From a virus (lineage: Duplodnaviria > Caudoviricetes): a stretch of 27,163 bases of DNA. The number at the start of each line of letters is the position of its first letter. Within the stretch, counting starts at the first letter, position 1. The position numbers and the translations under genes were made by a program. The DNA lies in IMG/VR virus record IMGVR_UViG_3300044676_007137, positions 1 through 27,163 of that record. One strand, 5' to 3'. The notes below the pieces were generated by a model, which was not told the DNA's origin, searched no databases, and saw nothing but the letters and a program-made list of their open reading frames with translations. Shown here one piece after another: positions 16,961 to 24,991 of the stretch.

Positions 16961-17200
16961 TTAAAACTGTACTTTTCTTTTGGCTGCTTTACTTGCTTTT
17001 TCTCTCATAGATGGAGAAACTTTAGAAGGATCAGTATTCCAATCAATGCCAACAGTTCCATAGAGATTAACCCTAGAGCTAATTTGTCTATTAGATAATG
17101 CTTTACATTTTTCACATTTGATTTTAGGTTCATCGTGTATTGAGTGTTGTACTTCGAATACATGTTCACATTTAGAACACTTATAGTCGTAGCGAGCCAT
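16961..17200 (-). CDS. FmdB-family zinc ribbon protein, 79 aa
   Basis: MARYDYKCSKCEHVFE...KCEKC...RQIS matches the YxYxCxxCxxxFE...CxxC pattern. Confidence 0.85.
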   Translation of the reverse strand: MARYDYKCSKCEHVFEVQHSIHDEPKIKCEKCKALSNRQISSRVNLYGTVGIDWNTDPSKVSPSMREKASKAAKRKVQF

Positions 17201-17391
17201 TACTTCTCGAAAGATTTACAGATTTTTAAGTAAAGATTTACTAAATCATCTGCGTCTTGTACTAAGTTAATTCCTTTTATTCTCATGTAATTGAATTGTT
17301 TTAGTACTGCTTCCTTGAATTGCTCGTCATCAATTAATTCGTTGACAGCATCTTCACGCTTTGTCCCATCAGGGAATTTTAATTCGCTCAT
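17200..17391 (-). CDS. Hypothetical protein, 63 aa
   Basis: TAATG coupling on both sides. Confidence 0.75.
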   Translation of the reverse strand: MSELKFPDGTKREDAVNELIDDEQFKEAVLKQFNYMRIKGINLVQDADDLVNLYLKICKSFEK

Positions 17392-18077
17392 TAGTCTAGT
17401 ATACCTGCCGAAGTGAAGTATTGCCTCTTATACTTACTTAGGACTTTTCTATCAGCATCTTGTAAAATATCTGCATTAAGCTGATCTAATACTGATTCAT
17501 AAGTTACCTGGTAATCTCCGATACCTTCATTTCTTACTAGTTGAAATTTACTATCTACTGAATTATCGGATATATTCGTATTTACAGTTCCTGTGCTTTG
17601 TTGAGAGGACAAAGATAGAGCTGAGACGATAAGTCTTCCTGTTGCTCTTGCACAAATATATTTTAAATCACTTGGGATATCTTCTGCTGAAGCTTCGCTA
17701 TCTGAATAGCCTGCTGTATAAACAACAGTAATGTTTTGTAATCTAACTGCTGACCATTTTTCTTTTCCAACTTTTCTCAATCTTCCAAGTTTGGAATAAA
17801 GAACATAGTCGTTTGAGTTTCCCTCTGTTAATGCGTTGCCATCTTCTGTTACAGAAGTAACTGATACTACAGGGGATCGACTTAAAAATAAGTCTTCTGT
17901 TTTATCGCCATCAAACTTTTCAGTGATACTAGCTGTGTAGTTTGGGTTGTATCCAACGAAGTTTGCAATAGCGTCTTCCACAGTCGGAATTAATAAATTC
18001 GTAACTGTAGTTTCGTCAGTAGAGCCTAAATCTACACCAAGTACTTTCTCGACATCAGATACTGTACATAGTGCCAT
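17391..18077 (-). CDS. Head-tail adaptor/connector protein (gp6/gp15-like), 228 aa
   Basis: LCTVSDVE N-terminus, L.RSPVVSVTSV, ITVVYTAGY, IPSDLK, EGIGDYQVTY, L.KYKR; position after the capsid gene. Confidence 0.85.
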   Translation of the reverse strand: MALCTVSDVEKVLGVDLGSTDETTVTNLLIPTVEDAIANFVGYNPNYTASITEKFDGDKTEDLFLSRSPVVSVTSVTEDGNALTEGNSNDYVLYSKLGRLRKVGKEKWSAVRLQNITVVYTAGYSDSEASAEDIPSDLKYICARATGRLIVSALSLSSQQSTGTVNTNISDNSVDSKFQLVRNEGIGDYQVTYESVLDQLNADILQDADRKVLSKYKRQYFTSAGILD

Positions 18078-18084
18078 TTAGGAC

Positions 18085-18336
18085 CTACTTATCTTCTGTG
18101 TCTTTTGGTTTTACAGCTTTATTTTCTACTTTTTTCTTTGGAGCAGCTTTTTTCTTAGCAGGAGCTTTTTTCTTCTCGCCCCAACCTTGCTCTTTAAGCC
18201 ATGCTGTAGGGTATTCTTTACCTGCTTTAGCAATTAAAGAAGCACCTGATTTAGGAAGATCAGCAAAGTCGCCTTCCCAAATTTTTCCATCGCTTAATTT
18301 CCAAATACTTTTCTTTGGTTTCATAAAATCTGACAT
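18085..18336 (-). CDS. Small Lys-rich head-associated protein, 83 aa
   Basis: Directly after MCP; PAKKKAAPKKKVENKAVKP low-complexity tail; AAGGA RBS. Confidence 0.7.
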   Translation of the reverse strand: MSDFMKPKKSIWKLSDGKIWEGDFADLPKSGASLIAKAGKEYPTAWLKEQGWGEKKKAPAKKKAAPKKKVENKAVKPKDTEDK

Positions 18337-18361
18337 AATTTTCCTTCTTTTAAAAATTGAT

Positions 18362-18404
18362 TTAGTTCGTAAGGGGCAGGGTTACTACCCCTTACATAAA
18401 CTAA
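18362..18404 (-). terminator. Stem-loop downstream of the major capsid gene (probable terminator/attenuator)
   Basis: GUAAGGGGUAG-UAACC-CUGCCCCUUAC 11-bp stem (18369-18395) with a further flanking stem; a U5 run follows shortly after. Confidence 0.7.
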
Positions 18405-18418
18405 TTAACAACTATTCC

Positions 18419-19672
18419 TTAGAATGCTGTTATTTTGTGGAAAGCAGCTTGCCTGTAAACAGGGAAACCGACTCTCATTGTTGCTCTAATAGCTAATTGA
18501 TTTTTAACAAAGAAATCGCTATGGCTATCTGAGATTGCCAAATCGATTCCATTTCTCATCACAACTTGAGCAGCATCGCCACCACCGAACTTACCAACAA
18601 GAACAGTGTTCTCTGGTATAGCTGTGGTTGCAACAACTTTAAGTCCCCAAATGGATGCAACAGGTGCGTTGCCCATAGCTCCTGAAGCTATGAAAAGAGG
18701 TACATTAGCTGCATATCCTGCAGTAGCATCTCCAGCAAATCCTGTTAAGTCTGTTACGACTGCATTCCAATCATTTGGGTGCATAACAATTGCGTCTGGC
18801 TCTACGAAAGCATTTACACGAATATCGGTAATTGCTCCATAAAGTGCTCCAATTCTACCTAAGTTTCCTGAGTAGGAACCGAAAGCAGTTGAGCCAACGC
18901 TAGTTTTTCCAGCGTCTAATAATCCTTCTAAGTTAGGTGCAGTACCATCTCCAGAGAGAAGTTGGCTGTCCAAACGAAGTTTGATCATTGTTTGTAATCT
19001 TGAGTTTATGTATCCTTGAATACCAGAAACATCTGACAATAGTTCATCAGTTACAGGCAAGAAAACGCCCATTTTTCTGATGGATTCTGATTGCTCAGTG
19101 AAGGCTAATGCACCTTCTCCTACAGTCGCACCTTCAGCAGCTTCTGCTGCGTTGTTTGTGAATGTAGTTTCTTCAAGATAGCTATAAGCATTTTGGTCTG
19201 TTTCGATTTGATCGAAAAGACTAATAACGCTATTAGGGTCTCTTAAAGCAGATTCCAATATACCAGGTGCTCTTAGAACCTCTGGTGGATATCCTGTTGT
19301 GGTTAAAGTAGTTTTGTATTCTAGTGGGCTAAAGTTAGCTTTAGAATCAATACCCTTTACACCATTGCTCTTGTAGTTCTTGTAAGCGTCTGTGTTAACA
19401 AACTGACTTCCAATATCCATTGGAGCAACTTTTTCCGATTGATAAGCTTGTTCTGCAGGCTCTGAGTCTATTTCCATAGCTTTCTCATTTTTTGCCTGAG
19501 CAGATTTAAGATTTACTTCTTCTACAAGACTAGCAAGTTCTTCATTTCTTTTGGAAATTGCCTCTTTTTGATCAGAGGTGTACTTGCCATTTTCGTCTGC
19601 AGCTTCGAAGAGTTCTTTCATTTCTACTCTTTTAGCAGCAAGCTTTTCTCGGAGATCTTTAATATCTGACAC
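18419..19672 (-). CDS. Major capsid protein, HK97 fold, with N-terminal delta (scaffold) domain, 417 aa
   Basis: Coiled-coil N-terminus; AAEGA...; PVTDELLSD; QLLSGDGT..NLEGLL; IVMHPNDW; IWGLKVV; DFFVKNQLAIRA.MRVG; GTG start with AAGGAG RBS. Confidence 0.95.
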   Translation of the reverse strand: MSDIKDLREKLAAKRVEMKELFEAADENGKYTSDQKEAISKRNEELASLVEEVNLKSAQAKNEKAMEIDSEPAEQAYQSEKVAPMDIGSQFVNTDAYKNYKSNGVKGIDSKANFSPLEYKTTLTTTGYPPEVLRAPGILESALRDPNSVISLFDQIETDQNAYSYLEETTFTNNAAEAAEGATVGEGALAFTEQSESIRKMGVFLPVTDELLSDVSGIQGYINSRLQTMIKLRLDSQLLSGDGTAPNLEGLLDAGKTSVGSTAFGSYSGNLGRIGALYGAITDIRVNAFVEPDAIVMHPNDWNAVVTDLTGFAGDATAGYAANVPLFIASGAMGNAPVASIWGLKVVATTAIPENTVLVGKFGGGDAAQVVMRNGIDLAISDSHSDFFVKNQLAIRATMRVGFPVYRQAAFHKITAF

Positions 19673-19703
19673 GATATTCTCCTTTTTATCTAGCTTAATT
19701 TTT

Positions 19704-21005
19704 TTATATTTCGTCTATTTCTTGTTCAGCTATAAGAGATTCTGTCATTTGAACTTGAGCTTGAAGTATGACTTCATCAATTGAATCATCTACTTCTTCC
19801 TCAGTTGCATCTTCGGAAACTTCTTCTTCTTCAACTACTTCAACTTCGACTTCTGCTTCTTCAATTTCTACATCTTCTGTAATTTCCTCAGATACTTCTT
19901 CGGAGACTACTTCAGTTGCTTCTTCTTCAGTAACAGGAGCTTCTTCTTCCATAGCTTCAATTTCATCAGTGACTTCAGGTACTTTACCCACTTGAGATAT
20001 AACTTCATCAAGTTCTTCCCAAGCGTCATTCAAATCATCTTGAACCGCTCTTAATGCTGTTGTCGCTTCTTTTGACAATTTCCTACCATCCTTTTCTCTC
20101 AAGATACCAATAGCTTTGGTTCTTGAAATTAAGTCATCTAATGCTGCAAGCACATCTTTGACTTCTTCAGAGAAACGCTTTCCTGTCATGCTGGAATCGC
20201 TCTTTGAAACTTCTAAATCTTTTTCTTTTTCTTTTGCACACTTACCTGAATCGTTGTAGTCGCAATTGCCATAACCTTTTTCATCTTCAGTATTCTCTAC
20301 TTCAACATCAGCTTCTTTACCTGCTGACATTTTTTCATAATCTTCGTGTGTTTTACAAGGCATAAAGTAAGTAGTGCCATCTCTATCAACTGAGTGTGAA
20401 CCTTCACAACCCAATTCTTTTGCACGAGTGACAGCTTCTTCTTCTGTAGTAAAGTGATCTTGCATTAAAGCAACAGGTTCTTTTACTTCTTCAGTTGCCT
20501 CGCTTTTTGATTCGTATACTGTATCTTCGCCTGTTTTGATTGCGAGGGTATAGGTCTCTTGGTTTGCACCAACTAAGACAGGGGATACTTCGTATACTGT
20601 GAGGTCTTTAAGGAATCGAGCTTGTGTTTCGGAATCATCTTTTTGAACTTTTCCTACTTCAGAATCATTGACTCTAAATCCGAATGACCACTGTTGTAAG
20701 TCGCCCATTGATTTGACAAGATTGTATGCTTCTTTCCCTGCTTCGGTCTCCATGAAAAATGAGCCTTTAAATACTGCAGAGTCTTCTTTCTCTTCTATGA
20801 CTCCTTTACCGATTGGTTGATCCCACTTGTGAGCAAAAACCATAGGGACTTGATTATTAGCAAATCCTGATTTGACAGCACCTGGGACTACTACATCTCC
20901 ATCGCTATCTACATTGTTGTAAACTGAAAAGACAGCTTCAACTGAACCTTTTTCTTCTCCATCCTCTTTGATGGAAAGATCAAAACTTTTGATTTCTTTA
21001 TCCAT
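19704..21005 (-). CDS. HK97-family prohead protease with C-terminal accessory domains, 433 aa
   Basis: SVYNNVDSDGDVV.PGA, FAH (His), WSFGF (Ser), EVSPVLVGAN; followed by a GCEGSH...MPCKTH module, a helical segment with GRKLS and an acidic tail. Confidence 0.93.
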   Translation of the reverse strand: MDKEIKSFDLSIKEDGEEKGSVEAVFSVYNNVDSDGDVVVPGAVKSGFANNQVPMVFAHKWDQPIGKGVIEEKEDSAVFKGSFFMETEAGKEAYNLVKSMGDLQQWSFGFRVNDSEVGKVQKDDSETQARFLKDLTVYEVSPVLVGANQETYTLAIKTGEDTVYESKSEATEEVKEPVALMQDHFTTEEEAVTRAKELGCEGSHSVDRDGTTYFMPCKTHEDYEKMSAGKEADVEVENTEDEKGYGNCDYNDSGKCAKEKEKDLEVSKSDSSMTGKRFSEEVKDVLAALDDLISRTKAIGILREKDGRKLSKEATTALRAVQDDLNDAWEELDEVISQVGKVPEVTDEIEAMEEEAPVTEEEATEVVSEEVSEEITEDVEIEEAEVEVEVVEEEEVSEDATEEEVDDSIDEVILQAQVQMTESLIAEQEIDEI

Positions 21006-21029
21006 TAACCTATACCTCTTCTTTATATT

Positions 21030-21052
21030 AATACTGTTTACTTGACAGTATC
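21030..21052 (-). other. Short intergenic hairpin between portal and protease
   Basis: GAUACUGU-7 nt-ACAGUAUU stem upstream of the protease RBS; no U-tract. Confidence 0.4.
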
Positions 21053-21055
21053 AAC

Positions 21056-23617
21056 TTAATTGTCTGTACTATTTAGTTTAACACTTTGATTTACGATCTG
21101 TTCAGCTTTCTTATTCCGAGCATCGTCTTTCTTCTTTTGCTCGTTAACTATTTTCTTCATAGCTGATACTCCAGACTTAGTAACTCCGCCCCACTTCATA
21201 ACCGCAATGGTTCCATTGAGTCGGGTGTTACCTTGATGTCTGTTCATAAATGCTTCTCTTCTTTTTACCCACGATAGTACTGAGGCACTTCGGTCTCCTG
21301 CTTTGTATTTAGTCCAATTTCTAAAAGCGTCATTTCCTGTGAAAGAAGTAGGTGGATTACCTCCATTACCTGCTCTCCTCCATATCTTTGGATAGTTTTC
21401 TTTTAGATTTTTTATGTAAGCGTAATCAGGGAACTGTCTAAAGTCTGAATTACTTAGACTGATCTTTTGATTATCGCCTGCATTTGGAAAATTTGTTTGG
21501 TCGCCTGGTGCTTTATCGTCTTTTCTAAAGTCTGCAATTATTCTTAATTTAGAGATTGGTTGCACGACTGACCTGTCAGTTATTTTGTGGGTACCATCTT
21601 CCATAATTGCCCAAACCATCATTGTTGCAGTTTCTTTTTCATTATTGACTGAAGTTACAATACCATGAATAGTTGATGGTGGATCTGGATCTTTATTAAT
21701 TGACCAACTAACAGCATCTCCAATCTTTACAGAGTCTGCTTTACTATTCTCAGCTTCTGTTTCAAAGATTCTTTCATTAAGAGTTTCTGCTTCCTCTAAT
21801 GATACTTTTAATTCGTCAATCATATCTGTTGACTTTGAACTTTTAGGATGTCCTGCAGGTAACAGATCTAAATCAAATGGTTTTCTAGGGAAAGAACCAT
21901 TTAGTCCTTTTATAAACGCGTTAACCCTGGCTATTCCCCATTGGGTTGCACCTGTAACATTACCTCTTACTGAAGCTGGGTTAGTGCTGTATGCACCAAC
22001 ACCTCTTCTAAATACAGCCGATAACATTCTGTAGTTAGCTTTAAATTTAGGATTTTTTGAATTATGTTCTGTTACTTTTTTTTGAAGAGATTTTTTTACC
22101 TTTTCAGAAATAGGTGCTTTTTCTTCATCTAAGTAACTTGGTGTTAAAACTATATTACCTTCTCTGTTTATTTCTACAGGCATTGTTTCAGTAGAAAGTG
22201 TTTTTTCTTCTACTTCAAAATTTGCAGAAGCTTGAACCATTACATCTGATTCTTCGTTATCAGGATCTCTTTCATCTCCTATATCTTCTTCAGGCTCTTT
22301 GTTAGGACTTGCTAAATAATCTTCTTTTTTAGTTGGTTCAAGGTTTAGTGGTCTTAGGAATACTTCATGCTCATCTCCATATTCGAGCCCGACAGCTTTT
22401 CTAGCTTCGGCAACTGTTATCCAACCACCTGCTACACCTGTTTGCATTCTCTTAAACATTTCGCCTTTGTCTACATCTAATGCTCTTACTTCGCCTAAAT
22501 CATATCTACAAACGACTTTATTATCATTTGTGTAATCTGCTTGTAATAGCTGTGCTGTAATTTCATTAGAAACGACTTGCCACAGAGGAATTAACTTCTG
22601 CTCAGTAAAGAATTCTCTTAACTCTCTAGTGTTGTTATAGGTAGCAGCTTCTAGACCTGCTCCTAATCCTGCAAGAATAGCAGGAACACCAAGAACAGCA
22701 GAAACTCTTTCCTCAGGCAATCTCCTTAGTTGGTTAAGGTTCAGTTGTTCAGGAGACCAAGATACAACTTTCACATCCATAGAACCTGAAAGTATCATCG
22801 GAGCACCCCTGTTCGAACCACCAAATTTTTGTTTATAGATTTGAGCTATAGCTTCAGCCTCGTCTTGGCTTGGACCACCCATAGCGTCATCTTTAGGAGA
22901 TAAGATAACTCCAGGTACTGCCATGTTATGTAACAAAGCAGCTGCGTATTGTCCTGCAGCTTCGTCTCCTAAAATTTCTCTAAGGACTGCTTTTAATGGA
23001 GCGAATCCTTTCCTGTGATTGTTTGGATCTATTCCTTGTCGGATATGTACTACTTCTGAAGCAGGTAGTACAGAAAACTCATTAGCATTTATTGAGTTTG
23101 GATCTTTAACATAATATTCATAGTGAGTAATTAATTCTTTTTCATTTCCTCTTGGTTTTACATAATGAGGAATTAGTGGAACAAGTTCTACGACTCTTCC
23201 GCTTTTATTTCTGTTCTTTAAAAGATAAGCATTACCTTCAGCATTTAAAGCTGTAATCATATAACTTGCTAGTAACGAACCTGATGTGTAAGGATTAGGT
23301 CTATTAATAAGTTGAGTAACAGGATGATTGTCTAATACCTCGAAGTCATTTTCACTTGTCTCTCTGTAAACTTTTAATCTTGGTTCGGCAAAAGATGTTG
23401 TCAAAACATTGAGACATGCTACAACAGCTGAGTTTCCTGTTCCATCTCCAATTTCTTTTAACAGCTTATCAGGCATAAATCCTGATTGAGTGTTGTATCC
23501 GAATACTTGTGAATCTACAGAACTATTTTGTAAAAAACCTTTTTGCTCTGTAGTTCTTTGAGGTGGTGCTTGAAGATAATCTACAGCTCTTCTATAAAAA
23601 CTTTTGTTTTCTGCCAT
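21056..23617 (-). CDS. HK97-family portal protein with ~420-aa multi-domain C-terminal extension, 853 aa
   Basis: Portal core aa ~55-430 (NSAVVAC, RPNPY, GNAYL, VVHIR, G.APL, PGVIL, LGVPAILAG, T..EAR...GL), then an acidic linker and three discrete basic/globular domains. Confidence 0.93.
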   Translation of the reverse strand: MAENKSFYRRAVDYLQAPPQRTTEQKGFLQNSSVDSQVFGYNTQSGFMPDKLLKEIGDGTGNSAVVACLNVLTTSFAEPRLKVYRETSENDFEVLDNHPVTQLINRPNPYTSGSLLASYMITALNAEGNAYLLKNRNKSGRVVELVPLIPHYVKPRGNEKELITHYEYYVKDPNSINANEFSVLPASEVVHIRQGIDPNNHRKGFAPLKAVLREILGDEAAGQYAAALLHNMAVPGVILSPKDDAMGGPSQDEAEAIAQIYKQKFGGSNRGAPMILSGSMDVKVVSWSPEQLNLNQLRRLPEERVSAVLGVPAILAGLGAGLEAATYNNTRELREFFTEQKLIPLWQVVSNEITAQLLQADYTNDNKVVCRYDLGEVRALDVDKGEMFKRMQTGVAGGWITVAEARKAVGLEYGDEHEVFLRPLNLEPTKKEDYLASPNKEPEEDIGDERDPDNEESDVMVQASANFEVEEKTLSTETMPVEINREGNIVLTPSYLDEEKAPISEKVKKSLQKKVTEHNSKNPKFKANYRMLSAVFRRGVGAYSTNPASVRGNVTGATQWGIARVNAFIKGLNGSFPRKPFDLDLLPAGHPKSSKSTDMIDELKVSLEEAETLNERIFETEAENSKADSVKIGDAVSWSINKDPDPPSTIHGIVTSVNNEKETATMMVWAIMEDGTHKITDRSVVQPISKLRIIADFRKDDKAPGDQTNFPNAGDNQKISLSNSDFRQFPDYAYIKNLKENYPKIWRRAGNGGNPPTSFTGNDAFRNWTKYKAGDRSASVLSWVKRREAFMNRHQGNTRLNGTIAVMKWGGVTKSGVSAMKKIVNEQKKKDDARNKKAEQIVNQSVKLNSTDN

Positions 23618-24880
23618 CTAATACGCTTTCCAGTTAATTCTCTTATTCAAGTTTAATACTCCATACGCTAATGTATCAACTATATCGTCATGGGAACCCA
23701 ATGGAAAAGTAAGAAGCTCTCTTTCAGCTTCGTGAACCCAATTTTCCATAGGATCGTCAGGAAAAAAAACCTGCCCACTTTCCATCTTAGCTGATAGTGG
23801 CATAGCTCTGCTGCGTTTGTCACGATCTGCTTTTAGCTCTCTTACTTGAATACCTTCTCTTTTAGCGAATTGAATAATAGATAACTGAAATCCTGCTCTT
23901 TCAATACCAATCCAATCGAGATTGTTTTTTTTGTAAAACTTTTTCATTGCAGGAATTATGTCAGGAGCTTCCATTCTTTTACGAAGCATGTCAGTAATGA
24001 ATAATTTGTTTTCATTCTGATCATGAGCAAATGCAGTAAAGACTGTGTAGTCAGCAGTTTGCTTTGTTGATGTTGCTAAGTCTACAGTTGCATACCTAAC
24101 CATATTGTCGAATTCATATAGTTCTTCATCTAGCTTGGCTCCTCTAACAGCGGGAGTGTAATATCTGAACCATTCAGGTCTAAAGAGTTGAGTACCTTCG
24201 TTTACAAACTCTGCTTCATACTCCTGGGCATAAGTAAGAGAACCAATTTCTTCTTTGGCACTTTCTAGTTCTTTAGGATCAATCGCAGGGTTATCAACAG
24301 TGGAGAATTTGAATCTCTCCCAATCCTCTCTAGTCTCAGCGTCTTGCCATAATCTATAGAACCAATTGTTTTGTCCACGAGGTGTAGAGATGAATAAAGC
24401 AGAACCTTTTCTTTCAGTTAAGGTAGGTCGAAGAACTTCAGTCCAGGTTTCTTCTTTCACAAAGGCAGCCTCGTCCATAACAAGAAAGTCAAGACCTTCT
24501 CCACGAAGTCTCTGTGGATTGTCAGCAGACTTTACTGATATGAAACCGCCATTAGGAAAAGAGACAATCATGTCTCCCATTTTTACTTCTGCACCCATTC
24601 CAGCTAAGTCATAGCCTGCCATCATAATATCTCGCCACCCTACTCGTGCAATAGAGAATGTAGGTGCAACCCACCACGCTCTTTTACCAGCTATGGCAGT
24701 TTCAATGCAAAGTTGCACTCCCAACCTTGTTTTCCCAAAACGCCTACCTGCACAGAGTATTTTCCAACGAGATTTTGATTCTGCAACTGTTTTTTGATTT
24801 TCATGTAGCTTAGGGAGTTGGACTCTTCTTTCGTTGTCAGTCTTCTCCACAAAAAATTGGCTGAACTTAGGATCTTCCAT
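23618..24880 (-). CDS. terL: Terminase large subunit, 420 aa
   Basis: Walker A AGRRFGKT, Walker B FLVMDEA, ISTP coupling motif, RNase H-like TVDLA...IE...HDDIVD. Confidence 0.95.
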   Translation of the reverse strand: MEDPKFSQFFVEKTDNERRVQLPKLHENQKTVAESKSRWKILCAGRRFGKTRLGVQLCIETAIAGKRAWWVAPTFSIARVGWRDIMMAGYDLAGMGAEVKMGDMIVSFPNGGFISVKSADNPQRLRGEGLDFLVMDEAAFVKEETWTEVLRPTLTERKGSALFISTPRGQNNWFYRLWQDAETREDWERFKFSTVDNPAIDPKELESAKEEIGSLTYAQEYEAEFVNEGTQLFRPEWFRYYTPAVRGAKLDEELYEFDNMVRYATVDLATSTKQTADYTVFTAFAHDQNENKLFITDMLRKRMEAPDIIPAMKKFYKKNNLDWIGIERAGFQLSIIQFAKREGIQVRELKADRDKRSRAMPLSAKMESGQVFFPDDPMENWVHEAERELLTFPLGSHDDIVDTLAYGVLNLNKRINWKAY

Positions 24881-24886
24881 ACTTAT

Positions 24887-24892
24887 AGTATA
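24887..24892 (-). promoter_or_regulatory. -10 element TATACT, probably a leaderless promoter of the head operon
   Basis: 6-nt spacer to the terL ATG, no SD; same geometry as the site at 12380. Confidence 0.5.
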
Positions 24893-24894
24893 TA

Positions 24895-24983
24895 CACCTA
24901 TCTCCGAAGAGATAGGCGTTGATGGGAGGGCTTGTCAGCAAGGAAGCCGACTATCTAAGTGTACACTTCCTTGCACTAGCTTT
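24895..24983 (-). other. Structured intergenic region: C(UUCG)G hairpin, second 9-bp stem and 12-bp palindrome
   Basis: CGCCUAUCUC-UUCG-GAGAUAGGUG (24895-24918); GCAAGGAAG/CTTCCTTGC (24938-46, 24966-74); AAGTGTACACTT (24957-24968). Confidence 0.65.
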
Positions 24984-24991
24984 TCAAGTTA

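Noticed and set aside
18071-19995. Plus-strand ORFs opposite the capsid and protease genes
   Set aside because: Low-complexity antisense mirrors of Lys- and Glu-rich sense sequence.
23762-23769. A8 run (T8 on the coding strand) in terL as a frameshift or phase-variation site
   Set aside because: The frame is intact and the nuclease motif HDDIVD follows in frame; such runs are expected in AT-rich DNA.
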